Source of the DNA: Bacteroidota bacterium
GTDB taxonomy: Bacteria; Bacteroidota; Bacteroidia; AKYH767-A; OLB10
Assembly (NCBI GenBank): GCA_046073825.1
Contig: JBJTMY010000063.1
Span: forward strand, 23,598 to 87,597
Length of the DNA stretch: 64,000 bases
Direction of reading: 5' to 3'
Under the pieces are notes generated by a model. It was not told the origin of the DNA. It did not search any database and saw nothing but the letters and a program-made list of their open reading frames with translations. Every line of letters starts with the position of its first letter. The stretch's first letter is position 1. The position numbers were made by a program, and so were the translations under genes. Below are positions 8,523 through 19,800 of the stretch, in pieces.

Positions 8523-9836
8523 TTACTCTGATATAGCAGACTTCAGAATTTGTCCGAAGCGATATACATCATTAAAACTATTATATAACGGTACTGGAGC
8601 TACGCGAATTACCCCACTACCACGCCCCTCTTGATCGGGTTCTCGCCAATCGGCAATTACACCTTGATTGGTAAGCGCATCAAAGATTTTTTTTCCATTA
8701 GTTTCAAATTGCAATGAAAGTTGACAACCTTGTTGTTGCTTCATAAACGGAGTGATCACTTTCACCAAAGATACTTGATTACACATTTGTAAAACATCAG
8801 TAATAACAAAGTTAAGGTAGCTCGTAAGGCTATTGCTCTTTATAACTAAGCGATCCATTCCTGCCTCATCAAACAATTCAAAAGATGCTCTTAAAGCAGC
8901 CATTTCAAGAATAGGCGCATTGCTTAACTGCCAGCTATCGGCAGTGAGTACAGGAGTAAACTGATGAGGCATTTTAAATCTTGTTTGAGGATCATTCCCC
9001 CACCAACCGGCAAAGCGAGGCAAGTGTGGATTTCTAACGTGTTTTTCATTTACATAGATACCACCTACGGTGCCGGGGCCTCCATTTAAATACTTATAAG
9101 AACACCAAGCAGCAAAATCAACATTCCATTGATGTAATTCCAGTTTTAAATTTCCGGCTGCATGTGCTAGGTCAAATCCAGCGTAAGCGCCCACTTCATG
9201 TGCGGCTTCGGTAATTCTCTTAAAATCGAGTACTTGTCCGGTGAAATAATGTACACCACCAAACATCACTAACGCTAACTCATCACCGCAATCTTCGATA
9301 GCTTGAAGAATATCCGCTTCCGCAATCAAATCGCTGCCTTCAGAAGGTTCTAATTCAACAATAGCATCAGCGGGGTCAAAGCCATGAAAGCGTGCCTGAG
9401 ATTGAAGTGCATAACGATCAGAAGGAAATGCACCCGCTTCACAAATAATTTTGTAACGGTCTTTAGTGGGACGATAAAAAGAGACCAGCAATAAATGTAG
9501 ATTTACAGTAAGATGATTCATTACTGCTACTTCCATTGGTTTGGCGCCAACAATTCGAGCTGCAGCATCACGAACTAGTTCATGATAAGCAAACCATCCT
9601 GTATCTTTTTTAAAATGCCCTTCCACGCCTAACTGAGCCCAATCAGTTAATTCTTGATTGACATAAACAATTGTATTCTTAGGTTGAAGTCCTAGAGAGT
9701 TCCCACAAAAATAAACCGTATCCTGCCCATTATGTTGAGGGATATTAAAACGTTCACGCATATACGCTAACTCATCTTGCGCATCTAGATTATTAGCAAA
9801 CGACTGCGTGTTTTCAAATGTATTCAATGAATTCAT
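8523..9836 (-). CDS. kynU: Kynureninase
   Basis: 437 aa with kynureninase-like blocks (YFCGNSLGLQPK, FDLAHAAGN, WCSYKYLNGGPG containing the PLP Lys). ATG start. Confidence 0.9.
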   Translation of the reverse strand: MNSLNTFENTQSFANNLDAQDELAYMRERFNIPQHNGQDTVYFCGNSLGLQPKNTIVYVNQELTDWAQLGVEGHFKKDTGWFAYHELVRDAAARIVGAKPMEVAVMNHLTVNLHLLLVSFYRPTKDRYKIICEAGAFPSDRYALQSQARFHGFDPADAIVELEPSEGSDLIAEADILQAIEDCGDELALVMFGGVHYFTGQVLDFKRITEAAHEVGAYAGFDLAHAAGNLKLELHQWNVDFAAWCSYKYLNGGPGTVGGIYVNEKHVRNPHLPRFAGWWGNDPQTRFKMPHQFTPVLTADSWQLSNAPILEMAALRASFELFDEAGMDRLVIKSNSLTSYLNFVITDVLQMCNQVSLVKVITPFMKQQQGCQLSLQFETNGKKIFDALTNQGVIADWREPDQEGRGSGVIRVAPVPLYNSFNDVYRFGQILKSAISE

Positions 9837-9860
9837 TTTTTAATTTTTGATTAAATAAAA

Positions 9861-9884
9861 GAAGGCACTCAAAAGAGTGCCTTC
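9861..9884 (-). terminator. Intrinsic terminator ending the act-cox operon
   Basis: 10-bp stem GAAGGCACTC/GAGTGCCTTC with a 4-nt loop. On the minus strand it is followed by TTTTATTTAA, 19 nt after the coxI stop. Confidence 0.75.
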
Positions 9885-9902
9885 GCTCATTATAACTTCT
9901 TA

Positions 9903-11744
9903 TTAATGATCATGTGGAGTATTACTCTCAGGTGTTTCAGAGAAAGGAACAGTTTGAGGAATATAATCATCTTTTGCTCCTGGCTTACCATAATCATAAG
10001 GCCAACGATGAACTTCAGGAACTGCACCTGGCCAGTTTCCATGAAGATGTTCAACTGGAGCTGTCCATTCAAGCGTATTCGCTTTCCAAGGATTTTGAAC
10101 AGATTTCTTACCATACTTAATACTATAGTAGAAATTGAACAAGAAGATAAGCTGTGATAAACCACCAATGATTGCAAAAACAGTCACGATATGGTTAATA
10201 TCTACTAATGTGTTAAATCCATCATACGCAGTATTTGCATAATAACGGCGAGGCACACCCGCTAATCCTAAGAAATGCATTGGGAAGAAGGTACCATACA
10301 ATCCGATTAATGTCAACCAAAAATGTACATACCCCAATTTTTTATTCATCATTCGTCCATACATACGCGGGAACCAATGATAAACACCAGCAAACATACC
10401 GAAGATAGCAGAAGAACCCATTACAATATGGAAGTGAGCTACTACGAAATACGTGTCATGTACATTGATATCTAAAGCGGAGTCCCCTAAAATGATACCT
10501 GTTAAACCACCGGTAATAAATGTTGAAACCAATCCAATACCAAACAACATTTGCGGAGTAAATTGAATGTTTCCTCTCCATAGTGTAGTAATATAATTAA
10601 ACACCTTTACCGCGGATGGAATCGCCACTAACAATGTTGTAAATACGAATACCGAACCCAAGAAAGGATTCATACCTGTAACGAACATGTGGTGACCCCA
10701 AACGATAAACGATAAGAATGCAATGACTAGCATAGAACCGATCATGGCTTTGTAACCGAAGATAGGCTTACGAGCATTAACAGAAATTACTTCAGAGGCT
10801 AAACCTAATGCTGGCAACAATACGATATAAACTTCGGGGTGACCTAAGAACCAGAATAAATGCTGATACAAAATAGGAGAACCACCTGCATGACTTAATG
10901 GAGCACCATCAATAAAAATATCACTTAAGTAGAAACTAGTTCCAAAACTTCTATCAAACACTAACAATAAAGCAGCCGCCAAAAGAACTGGGAAAGATAA
11001 TACTCCTAAGATAGCCGTAATAAAGAAAGCCCAAATAGTAAGCGGAAGTCGAGTCATCGACATTCCTTTAGTTCTCAAGTTAATGATGGTAGAGATGTAG
11101 TTAATACCGCCAAGTAAAGAAGAGGCGATAAAGAATACCATGGATACTAACCATAAAGTCATTCCCAAACCTGAGCCAGGCATAGCCTGAGGCAATGCAC
11201 TTAATGGAGGATAAACTGTCCAACCACCAGATGCTGGACCTGATTCAATTCCTAAGGAGATTAACATAATCACACTTGATAAGGCGAAGAACCAAAATGA
11301 CAAAGCATTTAAGAAACCAGAGGCCATATCACGCGCTCCAACCTGAAGAGGAATTAATAAATTCGAGAACGTACCACTTAATCCACCTGTCAATACAAAG
11401 AACACCATGATAGTTCCATGGATTGTTACTAACGCTAAATAAAAACCAGGATCTAGTTTTCCATCTTTACCCCACTTACCGATTACATCTTGTAAGAAAG
11501 GAATTTTTGCATCGGGCCAAGCCAGCTGCATACGGAAAATAAGCGACATAAACATCGCAAGGAATGCCATAAAGATTGCAGTATTCAAGAACTGCTTAGC
11601 AATCATTTTATGGTCGGTCGTAAAAATATATTTAGACCAGAAATTGTCTTCGTGATCATGATCGTGATCGTGGTGATCGTGAGCGTGACCATGTGCTTCT
11701 ACGTGAGCACTGTGAGCAATGTGTTTATTTGGATTCACTTCCAT
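9903..11744 (-). CDS. ctaD: Cytochrome c oxidase subunit I (haem-copper oxidase, aa3-type) with a His-rich N-terminal extension
   Basis: 613 aa. Canonical HCO blocks (WFLGHPEVYIVLLPALG, HHMFVTGM, FHIVMG). The N-terminus is HIAHSAHVEAHGHAHDHHDHDHDHED. Confidence 0.95.
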   Translation of the reverse strand: MEVNPNKHIAHSAHVEAHGHAHDHHDHDHDHEDNFWSKYIFTTDHKMIAKQFLNTAIFMAFLAMFMSLIFRMQLAWPDAKIPFLQDVIGKWGKDGKLDPGFYLALVTIHGTIMVFFVLTGGLSGTFSNLLIPLQVGARDMASGFLNALSFWFFALSSVIMLISLGIESGPASGGWTVYPPLSALPQAMPGSGLGMTLWLVSMVFFIASSLLGGINYISTIINLRTKGMSMTRLPLTIWAFFITAILGVLSFPVLLAAALLLVFDRSFGTSFYLSDIFIDGAPLSHAGGSPILYQHLFWFLGHPEVYIVLLPALGLASEVISVNARKPIFGYKAMIGSMLVIAFLSFIVWGHHMFVTGMNPFLGSVFVFTTLLVAIPSAVKVFNYITTLWRGNIQFTPQMLFGIGLVSTFITGGLTGIILGDSALDINVHDTYFVVAHFHIVMGSSAIFGMFAGVYHWFPRMYGRMMNKKLGYVHFWLTLIGLYGTFFPMHFLGLAGVPRRYYANTAYDGFNTLVDINHIVTVFAIIGGLSQLIFLFNFYYSIKYGKKSVQNPWKANTLEWTAPVEHLHGNWPGAVPEVHRWPYDYGKPGAKDDYIPQTVPFSETPESNTPHDH

Positions 11745-11790
11745 GTGAAAGTTATTTTATCGTTTACAGGTTAAACAATTATTTAATTGA

Positions 11791-12822
11791 CTAGTTTGTA
11801 GAGGTTGACATCATTTCAGCAGTGGCAGAGGACGAAGTCGGAGCAGCAGAATCAGCTACTGCAGGGAATACCAGTGGTTGAGATTTTAACCAATCTTGAT
11901 ACTCATCCATTTCTACTACACGAATAGGCATTTTCATATTATAATGCGCTACTCCACAAACTTTATTACAAAGCATGATGTATTCAAACTTTGGATTTTG
12001 CGTTTCTTTTTGCATTTCAGCCGTTGTCATTGTCGGCTTGAAAGAGAATCGAGTTGTCATTCCGGGAACAGCATTCATTTGAACACGGAAGTGAGGTAAA
12101 TAAACGGAGTGAATTACATCACGTGAATTAATTACTAATTCAATTTCAGCTCCTTTAGGCATTACTAATTCCTTTGCAATAATATCATCAGCTGAATATT
12201 GATCTAATGAATCAACACCTAATGGGTTTGAATCCGAGATATAGCGAAAATTCGATCTTCCCAAATTTTTATCTGTTCCAGCATAACGTGCAGTGAAATC
12301 AAACTGCTTAGCATAAATCTGAATTTTCAATCCTTCCATTTTATCCGATTTGTTTGTAATGTCGTTCCATTCACGTAATCCTGTTACGATTAATGTAGCT
12401 AACACTACCGTTGGAATAATTGTCCAGATAGCTTCTAGTTTATTGTTGTCATGAAAATAGAATGCTCTTCTATTTTTATTAAATCTATATTTAAACGCGA
12501 ACGAGAATAATAAGATTTGAGTTACTAAAAACGTGATAAATAAAACAGTCCAGTTAATTGACATTAGCTTATCAATAGCAGCACCATGCTCAGACGCTGC
12601 CTTTGGCAACGTAAGTGGCGCATACGAACTGATAAGATAAAACATTGTAATTAGACCTACAATTAAGAATGTAAGCATACCGATACTATTCCAGCGGTTT
12701 GCACTTTCCTGTTCTGCTTCTTCGTTCTCACCTGATAATTTAGACGCAATTGATGCCACATTGGCTAAACGAACTAAAATTAAGGTTCCAAAAACGACTG
12801 CTAAGATGAGCAAGATGTTCAT
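11791..12822 (-). CDS. ctaC: Cytochrome c oxidase subunit II (CuA subunit, no fused cytochrome c domain)
   Basis: 343 aa with N-terminal TM helices. CuA ligand pattern H..(x)..CNKVCGVAHYNM (CxxxCGxxHxxM). It lies 46 nt upstream of subunit I. Confidence 0.9.
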   Translation of the reverse strand: MNILLILAVVFGTLILVRLANVASIASKLSGENEEAEQESANRWNSIGMLTFLIVGLITMFYLISSYAPLTLPKAASEHGAAIDKLMSINWTVLFITFLVTQILLFSFAFKYRFNKNRRAFYFHDNNKLEAIWTIIPTVVLATLIVTGLREWNDITNKSDKMEGLKIQIYAKQFDFTARYAGTDKNLGRSNFRYISDSNPLGVDSLDQYSADDIIAKELVMPKGAEIELVINSRDVIHSVYLPHFRVQMNAVPGMTTRFSFKPTMTTAEMQKETQNPKFEYIMLCNKVCGVAHYNMKMPIRVVEMDEYQDWLKSQPLVFPAVADSAAPTSSSATAEMMSTSTN

Positions 12823-12871
12823 ATCGTGTGTTGGTTGGGGGATATTGAATTATTAAATTATTTCTTAAGTA

Positions 12872-14134
12872 TTAAATGGCGTGATGTAAACTCTCTTCAA
12901 GCATTGGATGATTCTTCGCTATTAATGGTGCCTTACTTAAATGATGTTGAACAAGGTACATAAATAAACCGATGAAACCGATAGTGGTTCCGATTTCAAG
13001 CAATCCGATAGAACCTAACGTTAATGCATGACCGCCATGATGAGCAGCACCTTCTGCAGCATGATGTCCAGCAGTTAACATTGATCCTGGAATAACCATC
13101 ACGTAAGTATCAATCCAATGACCAATAAAAATCACGATTGACATATACATTAACAAATACAATTTTCTTTTTGCATCTCTTGTCATTAAAATGACAAAAG
13201 GTGCGATGAAGTTAATAAAAAATGAAGCCAACCATAGTCCACGGTAATGATCCTGACGAAGCATAAAATAAGTTACCTCTTCTGGGATATTTGCATACCA
13301 GATTAACATAAACTGACAGAACCATAGATACGTCCAGAATATACTGAAAGCAAACATAAACTTACCGATATCATGTAGGTGATGTTCTGTTACTTCCTGA
13401 AGATATCCTTTTGATTTCAAATAGGTGATAGTGAATACTAATGCAGCAATACAAGTTACGAAGATACCTGCGAACGTGTACCATGCGAACAATGTACTGT
13501 ACCAATGTGTATCAATACTCATGATAAAATCCCATGACATTGTAGATTCAGTAGCTGCAAATAACACTAAGAATTTAGCAGCAGCGCCTCTGTTTTTCTT
13601 CCAATATCCAGCACCATCGCCTTCATCACTTAGTAATGAATTCTTTCTAAACAATTTTGTGAAGTATGTCCAAATAGTGAAGTAAGCAACCACACGAATC
13701 CAAAAAAATGCAGGATTTAAAAATCCATTTTTTCCAGCGATAATTGCGTCATAATTTTCCGAACCAGGAGTAGAAATTCCCGGAGCCATCCAATGGTAAA
13801 GCGACTGACCTCCCAAAGCAATAATGACAATCATGATTCCACCTGCTATAGGTAGAGCCTGACCCATTGCTTCCAACGGACGTTTGATTACAGCACTCCA
13901 TCCTACTTCAGCAACGTACTGTACTGCGAGAAAGAAAGTAGCACATAAAGCCATTCCCATAAACATGAAGTTATTCATGAGTAAGTTTGACCAAGTTTGG
14001 TTGTGATGTGTTGCAAATTGAGCGATAATTGCTATTACTCCAACAATAATCATTACTCCTGCAATCATTCGGTTTTTGCGGGTAAATTCGTAGGGTTTCG
14101 TACTTGTTACCTCAATATGTTGATGGTGTCCCAT
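12872..14134 (-). CDS. actF: Alternative complex III subunit ActF (NrfD-like polytopic membrane subunit)
   Basis: 420-aa multi-TM protein, placed last in the act cluster where ActF sits in characterised ACIII operons. Confidence 0.75.
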   Translation of the reverse strand: MGHHQHIEVTSTKPYEFTRKNRMIAGVMIIVGVIAIIAQFATHHNQTWSNLLMNNFMFMGMALCATFFLAVQYVAEVGWSAVIKRPLEAMGQALPIAGGIMIVIIALGGQSLYHWMAPGISTPGSENYDAIIAGKNGFLNPAFFWIRVVAYFTIWTYFTKLFRKNSLLSDEGDGAGYWKKNRGAAAKFLVLFAATESTMSWDFIMSIDTHWYSTLFAWYTFAGIFVTCIAALVFTITYLKSKGYLQEVTEHHLHDIGKFMFAFSIFWTYLWFCQFMLIWYANIPEEVTYFMLRQDHYRGLWLASFFINFIAPFVILMTRDAKRKLYLLMYMSIVIFIGHWIDTYVMVIPGSMLTAGHHAAEGAAHHGGHALTLGSIGLLEIGTTIGFIGLFMYLVQHHLSKAPLIAKNHPMLEESLHHAI

Positions 14135-14162
14135 AATTAATCGTTGATCGGTATTGAAATTA

Positions 14163-14798
14163 TTAAGGCTTTACCTTTGATGAATCAGCTGTAGCAGTTG
14201 TATTTTCAGCAACTGGTTTGTTATCGTTTTGTAATTGATGGATGTACATTACAATTCTCCATCTATCTTCTGGATTAATTTGAGAAGCATGAGAACCCAT
14301 CAAGTTAATTCCGTATGTAATAGTATGGAAAATTTTACCATCCGTTAAATCACGCATTGCACCTCCACGTGAAGAATTCCCTTTTGAATAAGATGGAGGG
14401 GGCGGAAACTTTCCAATAGCCACGATACTACCGTCGCCTTGTCCAGTTGCACCATGACAATGCACGCAGTAAATTTCATATTGACGTTTACCTTCTGTTA
14501 AATTTTCTTCAGTAGCAGGCAACGGATTTTTTACATCTCTTCCTGCAGCTTCATAACCTTCGTTAGAAGAAGGGTAATTAAAGAAGGTATAGTTACGAGG
14601 AATAGATCCTTTAACAGGAGCTTGCATCGTTAAACTATCAGGGAAGTTAGGATTAGTTGTGTACACTTCATAAGAAGGCGAACGATACATGTCTGGCATG
14701 TATTCTAATCCTGGACTTTTCGGATCTTTACTACATGAAGCAGCCAACATCAATACTGATGTTACTCCGACGTATAGAATTTGGGAAGTTATCTTCAT
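14163..14798 (-). CDS. actE: Alternative complex III subunit ActE (monohaem cytochrome c lipoprotein)
   Basis: 211 aa. Lipobox LMLAASC, a single CVHCH haem-binding motif, and the expected position after ActD. Confidence 0.8.
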   Translation of the reverse strand: MKITSQILYVGVTSVLMLAASCSKDPKSPGLEYMPDMYRSPSYEVYTTNPNFPDSLTMQAPVKGSIPRNYTFFNYPSSNEGYEAAGRDVKNPLPATEENLTEGKRQYEIYCVHCHGATGQGDGSIVAIGKFPPPPSYSKGNSSRGGAMRDLTDGKIFHTITYGINLMGSHASQINPEDRWRIVMYIHQLQNDNKPVAENTTATADSSKVKP

Positions 14799-14840
14799 AT
14801 CCTTGGTTGCGATGGAATTTGAATGATCGCTATTTAGTTA

Positions 14841-15368
14841 TTATGATTTAAATTCAACTGCACCAGCAGCTTTTACTAATGATTCAACATTGGCAATGTC
14901 TGTATCATCCTTTACCTGAATAGCCATTACGAAATGATCGTCGGCCATTTTAGGATGAATAATATGTGGCTCAACACCTGGAAGTAATTTACTTCTTAAT
15001 AAGAACGTAATCACCATTCCATGTGCTGCACACAATACAGTACTTTCGAATGTTACTGGGATAAAGGCTGGTAAGTTTTTATAGAAGGCAAAACTTGGCT
15101 TCCCACCTACATCCATTGGCCAATCGAAAATGTTCATGTAATAAATCATCAATAAAGCAAGGCTCATTCCTGTCATTCCGTAGATGAATGCACAAATCGA
15201 AATTCTTGTTCTTGCTAATCCTAATTCATGGTCTAAACCATGGATTGGAAACGGAGATATTACATCTTTTACTTTTAGTCCTTGCTTACGCAAAGTGCCG
15301 ATGGCATTTAACACAACTTCATCATCATTGAAGATGCCGTAAACGAATTTTTTTTCTGACGCGCTCAT
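14841..15368 (-). CDS. actD: Alternative complex III subunit ActD (DUF3341-type)
   Basis: 175 aa with a soluble N-terminal part plus two TM helices. Position between ActC and ActE. Confidence 0.75.
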   Translation of the reverse strand: MSASEKKFVYGIFNDDEVVLNAIGTLRKQGLKVKDVISPFPIHGLDHELGLARTRISICAFIYGMTGMSLALLMIYYMNIFDWPMDVGGKPSFAFYKNLPAFIPVTFESTVLCAAHGMVITFLLRSKLLPGVEPHIIHPKMADDHFVMAIQVKDDTDIANVESLVKAAGAVEFKS

Positions 15369-15379
15369 TTGTGTTAATC

Positions 15380-16768
15380 TTAGTGATTAGAATGATTAGA
15401 TGATTTTTTCTTTGCTCCTTCAGATGATGACTTTACAATTGTTTTTAATTCACTCATAGCAATCACAGGGAATACACGAGCAAATAATAAAAAACAAGTA
15501 AAGAATAATCCTAATGAACCCATAAAGATTCCTGCTTCAACCCAAGTTGGATGATACATTGTCCAGCTTGAAGTAACATAATCACGGTGCAAAGAAGTAA
15601 CAATAATTACGAAACGTTCGAACCACATTCCGATATTAACGAAAATCGAAATGATAAAGGTTGCGAACACATTTTCACGAAGTTTAGAAGACCAAAATAA
15701 CTGAGGTGTAATTACATTACACGTCATCATACTCCAGTAAGCCCACCAATAAGGACCAGTAGCACGATTAATGAACGCATATTGTTCATACTCCACTCCT
15801 GAATACCAAGCAATGAAGAATTCTGTTAAATAGGCAACACCAACGATAGAACCAGTAATCAAGATGATTCTGTTCATCATGTCCACGTGATAAATTGTGA
15901 TGTAGTCTTCCAAGTTTAATACCTTACGAACAATAATTAATAACGTTTGTACCATGGCGAAACCAGAGAAGATTGCACCCGCTACGAAGTAAGGAGGGAA
16001 AATAGTAGTATGCCATCCTGGAACAATTGACGTTGCAAAGTCCATTGATACAACCGAGTGAACTGATAATACGAGAGGAGTAGATAATCCTGCTAATACT
16101 AAAGAAACCTCTTCAAAACGCTGCCAGTTTTTAGCAGTACCTACCCATCCAAAACTTAAAATTGTATAAATACGACGAGTCCATTTTGTTTTAGCACGAT
16201 CACGAATAACGGCGAAATCAGGAATTAGACCTGTGTACCAGAAAACGATTGATACAGAGAAATAAGTTGAAATCGCGAAAACGTCCCATACCAATGGAGA
16301 ATTAAAGTTTACCCATAAGGAACCGAACTGGTTAGGTAAAGGTAAAGGCCAATAACCTACCCATGGACGACCCATGTGCGATACGATAAATGTTGCAGCA
16401 CATATTACGGCGAAGATGGTCATCGCTTCTGCTGAACGGTTAATCGATAAACGCCATTTCTGACGGAATAATAATAAGATGGCAGAGATTAGGGTACCTG
16501 CGTGACCAATACCAACCCACCAAACGAAATTGGTGATATCCCAAGCCCAACCAACTGTTTTATTTAATCCCCATACACCGAGACCAGTTCCCAATGTATA
16601 TGATACAGAAATGATCCACCAAAGCAACCCGGCAACAGCCACACCAAAGGCCATTTTCCACCATTTATTTGCTTTAGACTCAATCGGGCGACAAACATCT
16701 TCAGTGATATCGTTCCACGTTTTCTCTCCTAAAATGAGAGGGGGCCTAAGTTCCGATTCTTTATGCAT
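15380..16768 (-). CDS. actC: Alternative complex III subunit ActC (NrfD/PsrC-type quinol-interacting membrane subunit)
   Basis: 462-aa polytopic membrane protein with NrfD-like helices, directly after ActB. Confidence 0.85.
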   Translation of the reverse strand: MHKESELRPPLILGEKTWNDITEDVCRPIESKANKWWKMAFGVAVAGLLWWIISVSYTLGTGLGVWGLNKTVGWAWDITNFVWWVGIGHAGTLISAILLLFRQKWRLSINRSAEAMTIFAVICAATFIVSHMGRPWVGYWPLPLPNQFGSLWVNFNSPLVWDVFAISTYFSVSIVFWYTGLIPDFAVIRDRAKTKWTRRIYTILSFGWVGTAKNWQRFEEVSLVLAGLSTPLVLSVHSVVSMDFATSIVPGWHTTIFPPYFVAGAIFSGFAMVQTLLIIVRKVLNLEDYITIYHVDMMNRIILITGSIVGVAYLTEFFIAWYSGVEYEQYAFINRATGPYWWAYWSMMTCNVITPQLFWSSKLRENVFATFIISIFVNIGMWFERFVIIVTSLHRDYVTSSWTMYHPTWVEAGIFMGSLGLFFTCFLLFARVFPVIAMSELKTIVKSSSEGAKKKSSNHSNH

Positions 16769-16811
16769 AGACGAATTTTTACTTCGTTAATTAATTTTTA
16801 GGTTATTAATA

Positions 16812-19800
16812 TTAGTTCTTGTTACGAACTTTTGTTTGATAGAATACTGATGGTTGAACATCCAACTCCGCTAATAAATGATAGCTTCTAGGATCCTGGA
16901 ATAATGCACTTACTTCGCTGTTTTTATCGTTGAAATCTCCGAATACAATTGCATTTGTAGGACAAGCTTGAGCACATGCCGTTTTTATTTCACCATCAAC
17001 AGGGCGGCGACTTGCTTTTTTCGCTTCTAGCTTACCATATTGAATACGTTGAACACACATTGTACATTTTTCCATTACCCCACGAGAGCGAACAACTACA
17101 TCTGGGTTTAATACCATCTTTCCTAAGTTGTCTTGCATATTATAAGGGAACTGATCGTTATCGCTGTATTTAAACCAGTTGAAACGACGTACTTTATATG
17201 GACAGTTGTTTGCGCAATAACGAGTTCCTACGCAACGGTTATAAGCCATCATATTTAATCCTTCGCTACTATGAGTTGTAGCGGCTACCGGACAAACATT
17301 CTCACAAGGAGCATGATTACAATGTTGACACATTACTGGTTGGAAGAATACTTCAGGATTATCAGCACCTGGTTTTTCCATTTCACCATACATGCTTAAT
17401 TTTCCTAAACCCTTTTCACCCGCATTCTCTTTCGTTGTATCACTGCTATAATAGCGGTCGATACGAATCCAATGCATTTCACGTGCACGACCTATTTCAT
17501 CTTTACCTACTACTGGAACGTTGTTTTCTGCATTACATGCAACCACACAAGAACCACAACCGATACAAGCATTTAAGTCGATACCTAATCCCCAACTATG
17601 ATTTGGGCGGTCAAACCCTGGATTTTCAGGAGTTGCCCATAAGTTTAATTCTTCTGGTTTTTTCTTTCCGTATGGAGAGTCAATTAATTCTTGTTCATTA
17701 CCAGATTTCGCATCTTTTAACCATTTGTTAAGTGTCGTTTCTTTTACGATTTCACGACCCATCATGGTATGATGTGTTTGAGTAGCAGCTAAAGTATGGT
17801 CTTCGTCAACTGTTTTAGTGATAGTAGCATTTGCAGCTACCATCGATAAAGCACCATTCGTTAAAGACATAAATGGATATGCGTTAAAGCCTACTCCATT
17901 TCCCGCTTTTCCTGCTGCTGTTCTTCCGTAACCTACTGCTACTGCCACTGTATTATCCGCCATTGCTGGTTGTAAAAACACAGGCCCTTTAACAGTAGTA
18001 TTACCAACTTTTACTTCAATAATATTTCCTTGAGCAACCTTCAAACGTTCTGCGTAAGCTGGAAGAATTGCAAAATAATTATCCCAACAAACTTTAGAGA
18101 TTGGATCAGGTAACTCTTGTAACCAAGGATTGTTAGCTTGATTACCATTTGCGATACCTGTTTTTTCATAAAGCACTACATCCGTTCCGGCAGATGGCTT
18201 CATTAATTTTGAAGCAGCATCACTTACATTTCCAGCAAAAACTACTGCTGTTGCAACCGGTGTAGCTGCATCAAAAACTCCATCTTGCAAAGACTTTGTC
18301 CAGAATGCCTCAAACGAGGTCATGCTTGATTGCTTTGGATAAACAGAAGTTTCCCAGTTAGTACGGATATAAGTATAATAATCTGCAACCTGCACACCTG
18401 CCCACTTCAATAAACTTTCAGCTGCCTGACGAGTATTGAATAAAGGACGAATTGTTGGTTGCATTAATGAGTAACGATTCGAGTAGGCTTCTACATCACC
18501 CCAAGATTCTAAATAGTGGTGATCAGGACAAGCATAATCACATTTAGAGGCTGTTTCGTCGTTGCGATCAGCTAATGAAATTTTTAATCCAACTTTTGCA
18601 ATTGCATCCGTCATGGATGGCATTGTATAAACTGGATTCGTATTCCAGAATATAACCGCACCTACCTGACCTGCATTCATCGATTGCATTAACTCTGCAA
18701 CAGCAGCATCATTGCTTGATCGTAAATTACATACTGAGTCAAGATTTATAGTTGAACCATAACTGCCCAACATATAGTTAATCGCATTTACTAATATCTG
18801 CTCGTTTGGATCATTTGAACCACTAACAACTAAGCATTTTCCTTTAGCCGCCCATAATTCTTTTGCCACTGAATCTGCAGCTTTGTCAAATGCATTTGAA
18901 GAAGCAGAAACGGATGATCCACCTGCTAATGCAGCAACCTTATTATATAATGCCGCTACTGCAGATGATAATTCACTTGGCTTTACTTTGTAACGATTAT
19001 CTGCATTAGAGCCTGTCAATGACAAGGTAGACTCGACTTGAACATGGCGAGACATTGTTCTCTTGCCATTTCTTAATTTTCTTCCAACACCATATTGATT
19101 AGCAAACTCAATTGGAGAAATCCAATTCGCTAAAAAGTCAGCACCGAAACTTACAATCACTTCTGCCTTATCAAAACTATAAGCTGGAACGATTGCCTTA
19201 CCAAAAGACAATTCATTTGCTTTTACAATTCCATGATAAGAAACTGCATCATAAGTAACTACAGATGCTGTTGGATATTTAGTTGAGAAATCAGCTATTG
19301 CTTTTTTTGCTGTTGGACTTGCATTAGAAGAAGCCACGATGGCAATTTTCTTTCCTGCACTTGCAGCAGCAGATAATTTAGAGGTGATTTCACCATCTAC
19401 CGTTGTCCAATCTGACTTTTGTCCGCCTTTTAATGGATGTGCTAAACGTGCACTATCATACAGACTTAAAACCGATCCTTGAACACGTGCATTTGTAGCA
19501 CCTTTGGTAATGGATGATAAATCATTTCCTTCTATTTTAATGGGGCGACCTTCACGTGTTTTTACTAAAACGCTGCAATAGTCGGTTCCATCATAATAAG
19601 TAGAAGCGTAATAATTAGGAATACCTAATGTAATTTCTTCTGGTTTAGAAACATAAGGGATTGCCTTTTTAACGGGAGCATCACAAGCAGCAAGAGAAGC
19701 TGCAGCTACGCTGAATCCTAAAAACTTTAGGAAGTCCCTACGTGTTGTTGAAGAGTCAGATGCTGCCTTTTTACTTAAGACCTCATCCACCGGCAAGTGC

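Noticed and set aside
9890-10177. Three overlapping small ORFs on both strands at the 3' end of coxI.
   Set aside because: They lie entirely within the well-supported coxI reading frame, have no recognisable motifs, and are typical chance ORFs in AT-rich sequence. The same applies to the other 60-119-aa ORFs nested in nhaA, manC, actB, actC, the S46 peptidase, ileS, the EamA gene, trhO, sucA, lhgO and tsaB.
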